Shown: positions 11,048 through 25,727 of the stretch, piece by piece | Layout: every line of letters begins with the position of its first letter | How positions within the stretch are numbered: the first letter of the stretch is position 1 | Assembly (NCBI RefSeq): GCF_009914755.1 | Contig: NC_060947.1 | Length of the DNA: 64,000 nt | Source of the DNA: the human T2T-CHM13v2.0 reference genome, Homo sapiens | Direction: 5' to 3' (one strand) | Made by a program: the position numbers and the translations under genes | The notes under the pieces: model-generated | What the model was told of the DNA's origin: nothing | The model's database searches: none | Seen by the model: only the letters and a program-made list of their open reading frames with translations

Positions 11048-13211
11048 GATACCAGACAAAGACATTACAAGAAAATAAAACTAGAGCCCAATAACCCTGA
11101 TGAACACTGATGCAAAAATCCTCAAGAAAATACTAATATACTGAATTCAACAGCACATTAATGCAGAAAAAGCATTTGATAAGATTCAACAACCTTTCAT
11201 GATAAAAGAAAAAACACTCAGCAAACTAATAGAAGGAAACTACCTCAAAATAATAAAGGCTATCTATAAAAAGCCCAAAGTTAACATTATACTCAATGCT
11301 GAAAAACTGAGTTTTTCCTCTAGGATTAGGAAGGTGGCAAGGACACCCACTTTCACCACTTCTATTCAATGTAGATTGGAAGTCCTAGATTAGGCAAGGG
11401 AAAAAAATAAAACATCCAAATTGGAAAGGAAGAGCTAAAATTGTCTCTATTCACAGATGACACGAGCTTATATGTAGAAAACACTAAAAATTACGTGCGC
11501 GCGTGCACACACACACACACACACACAAACTGCTAAAACAAATTCAGCAAAGTTACAGGTCACAGAACAGTCAGTTGCATCTCAAAAGGAATAATCAAAA
11601 AGGAAATTAAGAAAATAATTCCATTTACAATAGCACTAAAATAAAATACTTCAGAATAAACCTAACCAAGGAGATGAAAGACTTATACACTGAAAACTGT
11701 AAAACATTGCTGAAAGAAAGTAAAGACGACAAAAATAAATGGAAAGACATTCCATACTAATGGATTGGAAGACTTAATATTGTTAAATGTCAATATTGCC
11801 CAAAGCAGTCTACAAATTCAACACAATTCCTGTAAATATGACAGTGAAATTTTTTTCAGTAAGAGGAAAACATTATCCTAATTTTTGTATGACAGCTCAA
11901 GGAATCCTGAATAATCAAATCAATTTTTTAAAAGAAAACCAAATTGGAGGATTCACATTTTCTGATTTCAAAAAATATTATAAAAGCTTTGGTAATCAAA
12001 ACAGTGTGATAGTGGTATAAAGACAGACATATAGTCCAATGGAATAAAATAGAGAGACCAGAAATATACCTTCACATACATGATTAAATGATCTTTGACA
12101 AGGCTGCCAAACTGAAAAACTCTTAAAAGAGAACATGGGGGAAAGCTTTATGACATTGGATTTGACAATGATTTCTTGGATATGACACCAAAAGCCTAAT
12201 ATAAGGCAACAGAGGAAAAAATAGACAAATGGGACTACATTAAATTTCAAAACTTTTGTGCCTCATAAAACATGATCAACAGAATGAAAATCATGCAACC
12301 TATGGAATGGGAGGAAATATTTGCAAATCATATATCTGATATGAGGTTAATATTCAGAATATAAAAAGAACATCTACAACTCAACAGCAAAATGTCAAAC
12401 AACTCAATTTAAAAATGGGCAAGGAACTTGAATAGACATTTCTTCAAAGATGATAAATGACCAACAAACATGTGAAAGGATGCTCAACATCACTATTCAT
12501 CAGGGAAATGCAAACCAAAACTACAATAAGATACCACATACGTTAGGATAGCTACTCTCATAAAAAGAGGAAATAATTAGTGTTGGCAAGAATGTGGAGA
12601 AATTGGAACCCTTATGCACTGTTAGTGGGAAGGAAAGTGGTATAACTAATGTGGAAAACAGTATGGCAAGTCCTCAAAAAATTAAAAATATAACTACTAT
12701 ATGATCCAACAATCCCACTAGTGTGTATACATCCAAAACAATTGAAAGCAAGGTTTCAAAGAGGTATTTGCATACTTTTGTTCATAGGAGTGTTATTCAC
12801 AATAGCCAAGAGGTAGAAGCAACCCAGATGTCCATCAACAGATGAATAAACAAAATGTGGTCTTTACATATAGTGGAAAACTATGGAAATACTGTTATAT
12901 GCTACAACAAGGATGAACCTTGATGACATTATGCTAAGTAAAATAAGCCAGTTCCAAAGGACAAATACTGTAGATTCCACTCATATGAGGTATCTAAAGT
13001 AGTCATATGGAAAACAAAATGGTGGTTACCAGGAGCTGAGGGAAACAGATGAAGGACAGTTGTTTAATGGGTATAAACTTTCACTTTTGCAAAGTGAAAA
13101 AGTTCTGGAGATCTGTTGTGCAACAATGTGAATGCACTTAACACTCCTGAACTTTATACTTTAAAATGGCTAAAATTACAAGTGTTTTTTCCCCACAGTT
13201 AAAAAAAAAAA
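11048..13211 (+). mobile_element. L1MB-like ORF2 3' half and 3' UTR (probable continuation of 3180-4680 element)
   Basis: RT-region remnants ('atgaacactgatgcaaaaatcctc', 'ctattcacagatgac'), L1MB-type 3' UTR ('aaaagttctggagatctgttgtgcaacaatgtgaat'), A tail; possible TSD AAATACACAAA at 3161-3171 and 13209-13219. Confidence 0.85.
11493..11527. repeat. (CG)n/(CA)n alternating purine-pyrimidine microsatellite
   Basis: acgtgcgcgcgtgcacacacacacacacacacaca read directly. Confidence 0.95.
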
Positions 13212-13259
13212 TACACAAAGTGCATGCCAGTGCCACTGTCAGAAGAAGTAGTTTAAAGA

Positions 13260-13590
13260 AGGTCCCAGAGGCATCAGGACTCTGTTTCATCCCTCTGAGC
13301 TCTCTTCACTTTGCCTTACTCTTTGAGTTTCATCCCTGATATCTGCATCCCTTTCCATCTTCACATTGGCCATTCAGAAGAGAAAGAGAACCTGTGTCCC
13401 AGCATTCTCAGAATCAGCCATGCTACTCACTGATTGGACTGGTGGAAGCCACACACCCAAAACTGAACCAGTTACTATGGGCAGGAGAGATGGGAGGTGT
13501 GGGTTGGCTTAAGCCAAGTAGGGCCTGCCTCTAAAATGGAAATGGAATTGATCCCACCCAGACCACTTGGGGAAGAGATGGTTTTCTAAT
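13260..13590. mobile_element. Old MLT1 (J/K-like) LTR fragment
   Basis: 'ctgattggactgg...cccaaaactgaaccagttactatgggcagg...ggcttaagccaa' resembles ancient MLT1; a matching terminal piece may lie at 2775-2850. Confidence 0.45.
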
Positions 13591-13594
13591 GGGA

Positions 13595-13899
13595 CCAGGA
13601 ATCAGCAAACTTTCCCGGTGAAAGACCACACAGTAAATATTTTAGGCTTTGTGGGTCATACGGTTTCTGTTGCAGCTACTCAACTCTGCCATTGCATCAT
13701 GAAAGCAACCAGAGACGCTAAGTAAATGAATGAGCATGGCTGTGCTCCAAAAAAACTTTACAGACACTGAAATTTGAATTTTATATAATTTTCAGGTATC
13801 ATGAAATATTCTTTAACCACTAAAATATGTAAAAATCATTCTTAGCTCATAGGTGGCTGATAGGATTTGGCCCACAGGCTATAGTTTGCAGACTCCCGT
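13595..13899. mobile_element. MER58B hAT-Charlie element
   Basis: 'caggaatcagcaaacttt...gtaaatattttaggctttgtgggtcata...gatttggcccacaggctatagtttgc'. Confidence 0.85.
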
Positions 13900-15252
13900 T
13901 CTAGAGAATATATCCAAATGCCTTTTTAGCTTGGTGATTATTTTTCTTTATAATTTTACCGGGGTTGCCTTCAATCCTCCTGCAATACCTATAATGAGAC
14001 CACCCTCAGCTGGTGTATTTGCTCAGAATCCTCAACCCAACTAGCAACAAGGCATTTGGAAGATCGTGCAATCTCTTCTCCTTTCCCCATCTGCAATGGA
14101 TTGTCACAATATGTTTGTTATCATAGCACACTTGGGATATACAAGATAATACGCTGTTAAATATTAATGATAATAATTCTCCTCCTCCACCATTATTGGA
14201 AATTAAAGACATGACTTCAACTCCATAGGTACGATTTATAGAGTTAGGTTTAAACTCTGTCATGTGGCTAAGCAATTGTTCTTCTATTTTTGTTCACCTT
14301 TAGCAGTGACTTTTTTCCTAGCTTAAATATTTAGTAGACTGGAACTGTCTTCAGGATGATATATTTCTTAAAGGCTTTATTTTCCAGTCATTGGACAGAG
14401 TTCTATTATGTAAATGATTAAAGCAAGTATTCAAAATGTGAGTTTAAAGATCTTCAGAATCAGAGGGTGACCCTGGAGAGAGAGAGATAGGAGGTAGAGC
14501 TGAACAATAAAGAGAAAAGGGAGAATAAAGTCAAGGAAGCTTTTAAATTCCTATAAGGAGCAGGTTTGGTTGAATTTCTGAAGAAAGATAAAAAAAAAAA
14601 ACTGGCTTGGGAAAAAGTAAAATTCACTGGAATACCCATGGGGCTATAGGAGGGCAATGATATGTTTTAAAATGAAAATGGAAAACTGTGGAATTATTTG
14701 GTTAAATGTATTTTGGCAGCCTTTGGATTTTAGTTCAAATACCTTTAGCACATATAATGACTTTGTTCTTTATGACCTACCTAGTTACTTCTTCAAAAAA
14801 AAAAAAAAAATTCTGAGCCTCAAACTAGCCTGTGGTGCACTCACAAAAGCCACCCCTTTGGGGCCATTTTGTCCCAGCCAGTGGCATCTTTGTGCTAAGT
14901 TTCAAGGTTCTATGAGAAGACTAGATTTCAACCCCCATTTGGCTCCTTGGACAAGCCCCCTGCATAGCCATTTGCACTGGCCGGGGTCTGAGGTGATTCA
15001 TGATAAATGACATATCTGATTGGGTAGCAGTGCACTTGAGTTGCTGTTCCCCAGGTAGACTTTCCAAACAAGGTCAAAAAGCCATTCAGGGTACAGGGCT
15101 TTGAAGGACCACATAGAATTCACCTCTGTTGACACTAATGCATGTATTGAATAGAGGACTTAGTTGTCTAGCTCTTTACAAAACTAAATTGTCCTAATTC
15201 TGGAAGATTACAATTTATAAACTCCAGAACTTTATTATAGTGATTGCTTTAA

Positions 15253-15633
<381 letters not shown>

Positions 15634-16361
15634 TAAGCCCTCATTGTGAGGCCCACTCAAGGTTAAGGAGGAACCTCTGACTCTTTCTCTGAGTGGCTCC
15701 ATAATGCTTTTGCTGTTTACTTTATCTGTTTTCTCCAGGGACTTTGTTGTTGTTTTATTTTTCTTTCATTTTCTAAAATTTAGGACTGCCAAATGTTAAA
15801 CTGTCCCCCTGACATAGCTTTTAGCTTTAAATGTGGCTTCTAATAGCAGCCCCTTCATAAGATATCCTGCTGCCTGATTTCCTTTTAATTTGTAGTTTAT
15901 AACCTCCTGCCAACCAGGTAACAACAAACTGAGGTTGTTAGAACTATTTATAAGATAAAAGTTAATAGGCTCTAAGTGAGAGCCTCATGGGCTCTCATGA
16001 AACATTAGCCTGAGGTTTGGTGCTCAGGTTGTATGCTGTCTCCTTGACACTCATTCTTTTGGTTTGAATTCCCCATATCTTTTCCAGTGCTTGATTGTTG
16101 TATTCCTGACAGTTGCATTTATAGGAAAATGACCTCTAAATAATGTTAAGGTGGAGGCTTTTTATTATTTTTGAAATAAAAGCTAAGCTGCAGGAAAGCC
16201 TGGTGGTTAGGGGTGTGAAGTCTAGAGTGAAGCTCCCTGGGGTTGGATCTTCTGTATCACTTTCCAGCCACTTGAGGGTGGGCATGCTGCCTTTCTGTAG
16301 TTTGCTTTATTCGTCTGTAAAATGAGCATAATTGTACTTACTCCACTGAATTGTAAGAGGG

Positions 16362-17123
<762 letters not shown>

Positions 17124-17520
17124 AGGGTTAAATGACTTATTCATATGAAGTGCTAAGAACAGGAAGCACTCAAGTCTTAGCTTTTAATCACCATTAATAT
17201 GATGATGATGATGATGGAGAGAAGGAAGAAGAGAACAAGTAAGGAAGCAGACTCTCCAAACAGACTTCAAATTAAATATCATTAGTGTGCCTGGTGTCTT
17301 GGAAAAGATGATGTGTAGTGTCCTTTTCTGCTACCTGTCGCTCTGAAATATATAAAGTTGTAGATATGGCAAATTTTAGGCTTATCATGTTTGACCTTGA
17401 TATTCTCTGCCTCCTCTTTTAGCCCCTGTTTCCTACAGCATCATCTCCTTGATGCCCTTCTTCTTCTCCAATGAGAACCTGCATTGAGAAATGGATCTGA
17501 TAGAGTCAGTCACACTAGAG

Positions 17521-17756
17521 CAAGCTTGTCCAACCCGCAATCCATGGGACATATGCACCCCAGGACAGCTTTGAATGTGGCCTAACACAAATTCATAAAC
17601 TTTCTTCAAACATTGTGGGAAATGTTTTGCGATTCTTTTTTTGTTTTGTTTTTAGCTCATCAGGTATCATTAGTGTTAGTGTATTTCATGTGTGGCCCAA
17701 GATAATTCTTCTTCTTCCAATGTGACCCAAGGAAGCCAAAAGATTGGACACCCCTG
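17521..17756. mobile_element. MER30 hAT MITE
   Basis: 'caagcttgtccaacccgc...gaagccaaaagattggacacccctg'; degenerate 8-bp TSD cactagag/cgctacag. Confidence 0.88.
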
Positions 17757-17949
17757 CGCTACAGTCTGACGGAGGAGACTGTGTACTACTCCTCCTGGGG
17801 GTATTTGCATTTTCTTAAAGGAAAATGCCTTTAACTAGACAACTGATTCTAATAGTAAAAGTTCTGATACCAAAGACTACCCCATCCCCCCTCGCCACTT
17901 TTCTGCCCACCTGCCAACCTGCATTCCTATAAACATACAAACACTCTGT

Positions 17950-18270
17950 TTTGAAGTTTAGGCACAACTGACCAGCATTAAGGTTAAAATAGAGATCATA
18001 AGACTGACAAAGCAGACTCTTTGTGGCAATAAGATACCAAATTATAAACATGGCCTATGGTCATGCAAGGCAACGTTAAGTCACACCCTACAAACCATAA
18101 TATCTCATTAAACAGATTTTTTTATTCACCAGGTAAAATATGGCTTATGTTCCAACCTGACTCTGGCATAGCATCTCATGACAGAGCAGATCCTGAAGGA
18201 AATTATTTCACCCCAAAATATATTTCTTTGACATATTTTGAAATGGCCATGCAAAGCTGTCTTTTGTGGC
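17950..18270 (+). mobile_element. MER34/MER39-like ERV1 LTR fragment
   Basis: 'atttcaccccaaaatatatttctttgacatattttgaaatggc' motif, also present in reverse orientation in the LTR at 49418-50228. Confidence 0.65.
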
Positions 18271-18279
18271 CGTTTCTAC

Positions 18280-18715
18280 TGCTTAAACATTCATGTACAA
18301 GTCTTTGCATGTGAACATATTCTTTTTTATTTTTCTTAAGTAGATACCTGGGAGTAAAATTGCTGGATCATATGGTTACTCTTTTAAAAGAAACTGCCAA
18401 ATGTTTTCCATTTGACGTTCTTACCAGCAATATGTGAATCCAGTTTCTCCATATCCTTGACAATATTTGTGGTTATCTGTCTTTCTGATTATAGCCATTC
18501 TAGTGAGAGTGAAGTGGCATCTGATTGTGGTTTTGATTTGTATTTCCCCTGTGATTAATGATGTTGATAATCTTTTCATATGCCTATTGACCATTTGTGT
18601 ATCTGTTTTTGGAGAAATAGCTAATTTCAAGTCTTTTGCCTACTTTTAAATTGGGTCATTCATCTTCCAATTAATAAGTTGAAAGAGTTCTTCATATTCT
18701 GGATAAAATATTTCT
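18280..18715 (-). mobile_element. Old L1M ORF2 C-terminal fragment
   Basis: ORF 18421-18630 '[29 protein letters not shown]' is the L1 ORF2 cysteine-rich region. Confidence 0.8.
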
Positions 18716-19323
18716 TTTTATTTCCTGAAATATTTTGTTATAATCTTTTTCTCAAGTCTGAGAGTGCTACAGGGTAGGTAATTTAAAGTTGAGGGCCTTC
18801 GAAATGCCTCCTCACAGGAGCAGCACTGATTAGCGGTTCCCACAAGCGTATAGCCATCTGCAGGCTCCCCTGGTGGGTTTGTTCCCTTGGTGTGACCAAT
18901 TCATCAAAGTATAGTCTGTCTGTGTCACTCTCTCCATAGCAAGAGCTGGGTGCAGTCTGACATCAGCCATCATCTGCCCTGAATTTTAATTTTAAGCACC
19001 TTCGGTACTGATGTTCACTCCTGAAATCTAGAGCAGCCAGAGTAAGTGACAGGAGCCTATAATGAGAACCTTTTCTGGAATATTATTCTTAACACATGCA
19101 TAGATTTGCCCCTCTGGTCACAAAGAGCCCCTTGGGGCAAATCGCGTTGTTAGCAGTTGACGGAGTGCAGAAACTGCTGACTCCAGAGATTTCCATTTCT
19201 AAAGGACTTTAGAGTAATCCTATTGTCAGTTTCACTCATCACACCTCCCTCTGGATCCTTTTCCCTTTTCCCTCCCATGCCAACCTTTATAACACATTCT
19301 CTAAATCTTCCTCTTGCATGAGC

Positions 19324-19342
19324 TGTAGCCATCTGGTGGTCA
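19324..19342 (-). promoter_or_regulatory. CTCF core motif
   Basis: Minus strand TGACCACCAGATGGCTACA versus consensus CCASYAGRKGGC; lies in non-repeat sequence. Occupancy unknown. Confidence 0.55.
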
Positions 19343-20877
19343 AATGGGCATTAAAAGTGCCTTTGACAGCATCGTGGAAATTGTAATTCTTGTGTTTTCA
19401 AGACAGATAGCTAACAGGTGACAACAAAGGTTTTCAACTTCCAGAAGTTATCATATGAGAAAATAGTCTGATATTTTACTAAGCCAAAACTATTTCTTAT
19501 GCTTTAAAATAATGTTGTCTTATACATCAGTGTACATATCAACGAGAAATTACTCACAGGTGGTGCTTGTTAAATTCTCAATCTTTCACAACACATTTAG
19601 TTTTAAGTGCTGCTCTTAAAATGCCCAGGAGTCTAAGCCCTAGAATTACAAGTTTAAAAAAAAAAGTGCTTTTTCTTATCTACAGTCTGTCTTCATCTGC
19701 TGTATCCAACCCAGTTTCATGGGTTATCATATAACCAAATCAAATTATGGAAAGCTGGAAAAAAAATAAGCAATTCCTAAAGAAAACAATGGCTTTAGTT
19801 GATCATTTTGTCTTTGAGATTGTAAACTCATAATTGGTATGCCTCTTGAGGGATAAATGTTTGAGTGACTGTGGGGGCCTCACATTCCTCATAGTGCTTA
19901 ATTAAAGCTTTTACTGATTTTTCAATTGTTGGAGAATACAATGTTAGTGGCATCTTTTTGGCTGAGTCCTCACCTAGAGAACTCACTAGAGGTGTTTCCA
20001 CTCATGTTGCTTGGTATTTAGCCTCATTTTTCCCTTCGTTAATTTACATCTCTGTTTATTTTATTGTCACTGCTTCTGTTAATATAAATGATCCTTGTTA
20101 ATCCTTTGGGTTTAAGACTTGCAATATTAATTGGCCCTTACCCAACAGCAGAGATCTGAGTTACAGTTTTTTTTTTTTTTTTTTTGTCTTCCTTCTTTGT
20201 GAAACATAAGCAAATCACCACACTTTTAGAATCTGGCTGTTTTTTTGTTGGTTGGTGCATTCTGCTTTGCATTTCTGAGAACTCCTTCACTCAGGCTAAA
20301 TATCCTTCTCCCATTTTAGACATCTGCATGGCAACCAGATGTAGACAAAAGTGTAATCTACACTGGGTCAATATACCTGAAAACACCCTTGTAAACGTTA
20401 GTTCCTATCTGGAGCTCAATGACGACAATGCCTATGCTACTTTCATATGTTAAGTCCTACTAGTGAAACTTTCTTACAGAGATGGGATGCCGTTGTTGGA
20501 ATTTTTCCTAAGATGTTAGACAGAGCTTCTCAAATTTTCAATTCAAGGACATTTTAAGGCATAAGAAGTCTTTTTGGCTTAATGGGGAAATTGAAATGTT
20601 CTCTCATGCAATAACTTCTGGCATTTAAAAACTTCTCTATTATTATCCATCAACCAACCAATTAACAGAAATTTATTGATTAATTGCCATATGCCAAATG
20701 ATGTAGTAAGTACCATGAGAAGTAGGAAGCCAAAATGTGACCCTGATTTTAAGGAGCATAAATTTGTTCATCTATTCATTTATTCATCCATTCATTCAAC
20801 TAATATTAACTAAATGTTCAGTGTGTGCCAGACACATAATCTAGTTAAGGCAAAATAAGCATAGCAAAAATATGTAA

Positions 20878-21306
<429 letters not shown>

Positions 21307-21639
21307 TAATTTCTTTCACTTCTGATGCAGTTGCAAAGCCTCCATGGCCTGACCCAGCCTGCACTGGGCTCCTCATATTAAAAACACTTGCCAGAGTGAA
21401 AAGAAAGATAACAGCATTGCTAAGTGGAAGACTCCTCTTTGAATCATCTTGACCGTTGTTCCAAGGGAGTATTGTTTGTAGCACAGATGTACTCTGTAAA
21501 AATCCAGTGTTAGGAGTCATTAAATAAATCTCACCTGAAAAAGCCTTCTTTGTATTGACATTTAACCTGGTATTCAAGATTATCCAGATCTATCCTTGAG
21601 TCACTTATTTATCAACCTACCCAGACTGGTTCTCTCATT

Positions 21640-22200
21640 CTGTTAGTTATCTATTGCTGCATAACAAATTTCTTCAAAACTTAGTGGCCTAAAACAACTT
21701 ACAGTTATTCTCTCCCATGGGTCAGAAATTTGGGCCTGGCTAAGTGGATCCTCCACCCCAGGGTCTCTCACAAGGCTGCAATCAAAGGGCTGACTAGGAC
21801 TTGGAATCTCATTTGAAAGTTAGATTGGGGAAGGATCTGCTTCCAAGCTCACTCAGTAGTTACTGGCAGGATTAGGTTTTCTCCAAGGTCGTTGGACTAA
21901 GGGTCTCAGTTCCTCACTGACAGTTGGCCTGAGGCTGCCTTCAGTTTCTTGCCATGTGGGCCTCCCCAGCATAACTGTTTACTTCATCAAAACAAACAAA
22001 CTGAGAAGGCTAAAAAGAGTTTGCTAGCAAGTAGCAAGATGAAAATCATAATTTTTGCAATCTAATCATAGAAGTGATATCTCCCCAATGTTGCCATATT
22101 CTGTTAGTTAGAAGCAAGTTATTCAAGGGAAGGAGAATCCTCTAGGTAGTTACTATCAAGAGGCAGGCATCATTGGAGGCCAACTCAGAAGCTGCCTAGC
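21640..22200 (-). mobile_element. MLT1 (F/G-like) MaLR LTR
   Basis: 'gttagttatctattgctgcataacaaat...aaaacttagtggcctaaaacaac...gggtcagaaatttggg...ttgccatgtgggcctc'. Confidence 0.8.
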
Positions 22201-22449
22201 AGATGCATAATTATTTTGTTCAACAAACATTTATCCATTATCCAACATGTTAGTCACTGAGGTACAACTAGGATTAATAAGTGGCTCTTATTCTCAAGAT
22301 ACTCACAGTCTGCCTGGGAACATGGATCAACCAATCTTTAACATGGAAAATCTTATAGTAGAGGCAGATTCAAAACCCAAATGAGAGCACAGAAAAGAGA
22401 GATGCCTTTTTTCATGAAGGATCCCCTGACCAGAATGCCATTTCACAGT

Positions 22450-22768
22450 TTAAAACAAACTTAATGTGTTCTAGTCTATTCAGGAGGCTGGGAAGTTCAA
22501 GATCACAACACCAGCAAATTCAGTGTCAGCTGAAGGCCCATTTCCTGGTTCAGAGATGACACCTTATAGATGTGTACTCATATGGTTGGGGGGTGGGGGT
22601 GGGGAGCACACCAGTTCTCAGAGATTTCTTTTATAAGAACCCTAATCCTATGAGAGTTGAGCCCTTTTGACCTAGTCATCTCCCAAAGGCCCCACATCTT
22701 AATATATCACCTTGGAATTTAGGATTTCAACATGAATTTTAGGGGCACACAAACACTCAGGCCATAGA
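22450..22768 (-). mobile_element. MLT1A/B-like MaLR LTR
   Basis: 'ggaggctgggaagttcaagatca...aggatttcaacatgaattttaggggcacacaaacactcaggccatag'. Confidence 0.75.
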
Positions 22769-22849
22769 ACTTCTTCTGTTGGACCTCCTTTGACACTCTT
22801 GTTTCCTTAACTACATTTTTAAAAGAGGTGACATTAGAGGTGGTTCTTA

Positions 22850-23420
22850 AGAAATCAAGTAAGTAGAAACAGCTTTCCAAGTGTAAAACAACAAAATGAA
22901 AGATGTAGGGATATGATGCAATGTGACACATGCTAGGAATGATGGAATTACAATATGACCAGATTGCTTGGATGTGGTCAGGGATGGAGAATTATCATGG
23001 CAGGCAGTAAATCTAGAAACATGAATTGGAGTCACTGGAGAAAAGGAAAGTGAATGCTATGTCAAGATGCTTGGGCTTTGTCATTTAGGAAGTAGAGAGC
23101 CACTGAAGATCTCTAATTAGTGGAATAATATGGTGAAATGCATGCCTTACAAAGGAACTGCAGAAGCAGGGTGGAGAATTTACTGGAGTTACTAGATAAG
23201 AAGGGAGAGATAATATTTCAAGGAGAATTGACAACAATGAAAAAGAGGATAAATATTTTTCAAAGGCCATGGAGATGAAAATTTCAAAATCAGGAGATGT
23301 TTTAGGGCTGGAATTGACAGGATTATCAGATCCAGGGAAGAGTTGTGAGAAATGAGGGGGTGATATCAAAGAGCCAAGGATTTCCCTGAAATTTCTATCT
23401 CAGGGGAATAGAAGTCTCTT
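22850..23420. mobile_element. L2 fragments
   Basis: Purine-rich degenerate L2-like sequence ('ttggatgtgg', 'gaattgacagga', 'agagccactgaag'). Confidence 0.45.
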
Positions 23421-23504
23421 AAAAGAAGGACCATAGCTTAGTTGACTTCAGAATATTAACATTTTAATTGTGCTTAGGACTTGTTTGGTATTCACTGGAT
23501 TGAC

Positions 23505-23618
23505 AGGAGGATGGATGGATGGATGGATGAATAGATGAATGGTGGATGTATGGTGCATAGTTGGATGGGTAGGTAGGTGAGTCAGTGGGTGGTTAGATGT
23601 GTGGATGGATGTATGGAT
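23505..23618. repeat. Degenerate (GGAT)n tract
   Basis: ggatggatggatggatggatgaatagatgaatggtggatg... read directly. Confidence 0.85.
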
Positions 23619-24144
23619 AATGTTGGCAGTCATCCAAGGAAATGCAAGAGGGAAGTTAGTTTTAGGGATAGAGGACAGAACGGATAGAAGGAAGTAATAA
23701 GAATCTCAGATGGCTAAGATAATGGTGGAAAGAACAAGGAGAGCAATTAGAAAATTAATCTAGTTTTTTATGGTAATCCAGTGGCTTTGATATTTCTCAA
23801 TGGCAATTTATTGTTTCATTAGATTCAACAAATTTCAAGAAAGAGTAGTTTCTTTGGAGAACAAAACTAATTATTTGTGCAAATCATATTAACATTGTGG
23901 AAATTCATTCAATTTCTCGGCACTTTGTCTTAAAATGTTATGCAAAGTCTGGCCATCAAAGCCATTTAGCATCCCTTCAGTTTTAGTAAGGGACGTGGGA
24001 ATATTGATTTATTTTCCCAGAAACGCAAATCAAGAAGTTCCCTCCTTTCATATCTCACACTAACCTTACCTTTAACTTTCTACCAGTGGCACAACCATAA
24101 CTCTTGGCAATCCTCAAGTTTCTTGGACATCAGATTTTCTGAGG

Positions 24145-24300
24145 CAGTGCTTCTCAAACTTTAAAGTGCATCATCTGGAGATTTAAAATGTGAATTCTGA
24201 TTTTTGAGGCCTGGCTGGGGCTTGAGATTCCACATTTCTAATAAGCTTCCAGGAAGTACTGATATTGTTGATCCATGAACCACATTTTGGGTGGCAAGGT
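24145..24300. mobile_element. MER5A-like hAT relic
   Basis: 'cagtgcttctcaaactttaaagtgcatca...atttctaataagcttccagg...accacattttgggtggcaag'. Confidence 0.7.
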
Positions 24301-25365
24301 TCTTAAGGTATCATTCAATATTGGTGACTTGGCTGACATCACTATTGTTGACACAGTTAGGCTGTCAACTGGCTTTCAATTCAAAATTTCATTTACCTCC
24401 TACCCCTGCTCATAATCTCCCTGGGTGATTTTATATTATCTATCCCTTCTCTAATGCCTCCATTTGCTCCAACTTAATAATAATATGCATGGGTAGCTCC
24501 AACATGCTGTCTTCCCCTCCTCCAGATCCCTAATGAAGCTGTCAAATAGGACCTTCTTACCACTCCCTCCTGCTTTTCCTCACTATTTCTTAGCTTAATG
24601 CTTTCTTTATAGTTCTTATATTTAGTCCTTGGTCTCTTGTTCCTTAAAGTCTTCAAACACTCACAATCGATTAAGGTTCAGAGGTAAAGGATCAAGCCCC
24701 ATTTTTTGAGTAAGAATTTGGTATCTAATAACTTACAGTGTTTGGAAGGTCAACAATGTATGTGAGAAAAACAAACGACAAAAGCAGCAGGCATGGGTCA
24801 CTGGGGAATGATGTTTTCACTAGAAACAAGGCAGCTCAAGTATCAACCCTGCTGCTGAACAATTGCATGACCTTGAGGAAATCACTTACCCTACCTGAGC
24901 CAACATTTTAGCAGCTGTAAAATAGTACATTAAATTTAGATGATCTCTATGGTCTTTTAAAATTAATTATGTAGAGGCCAACTCAGCCTCATATCTTCAT
25001 TATATGTTTAAACTAGAAGAGAGGTTCCTAACATGAGGTTCATGGATCTCCAAGGACTCTGTGGATAGACTTCAGAGAGTCCATGAAGTTGGATGGGAGG
25101 TGAATTTCATGTTACTTTCACTGACCTCTGACTGTAAGTGAGCAATTTCTTCAATAAGGAATATAAACTATAGACTAGAGTAGTATTAGCAGTATCTGTG
25201 ACTTGGTTACCGAGACGCAACAAATAAATATTATATCACATTAAAGTTTGTGTAGATATAACATTCATGCTCACCACTACTTCGAAAATTTGGTGCTTAT
25301 TAGACTCTCCACTACATCTTCTTGTTGAACATGTTAGTGAAGGAGTACATCTATTTATTATAGCC

Positions 25366-25582
25366 CAGTGGCTGTCAATAAGGGGACGTTTTGCCCCACA
25401 GGACACACCTAACAACATCTGGAGACATTTGGGATTGTTGTAATTGGAGAAAGGAATTCTATTGGCATCTAGTGGGTAAAGGCAAGGGATGCTGCTAAGT
25501 ATCCTGCAGTACACAGGACAGCTTTTCAGCAGAAATAATTACCCAGTCCAAAATGTCAAGAGTGCTAAGATTGAGAAACCTG
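25366..25582. mobile_element. MER20 hAT element
   Basis: 'cagtggctgtcaataaggggacgttttgcccc...ggcatctagtgggtaaaggcaagggatgctgctaa...aagattgagaaacctg'. Confidence 0.9.
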
Positions 25583-25727
25583 CGACAGCCTTTTAAAAAT
25601 ATTATTTTGATAATTATGTTTTAGTATAATAAATTTTCTTTGTAATCCTGTGTATTTTATTTTATGCATTTACAAACGTTGTTCTTAAAAGTTGTTCCCA
25701 TGGCCTTGCTAGACTATCAAAGGAAAC

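Noticed and set aside
5029-11065. Dense cluster of ORFs on both strands
   Set aside because: All lie within the decayed L1PA (ORF2/ORF1 fragments, their antisense, and the GC-rich 5' UTR).
22583-22605. G-rich run as a G-quadruplex
   Set aside because: Only three separated tracts of 3 or more G; lies in an MLT1 relic.
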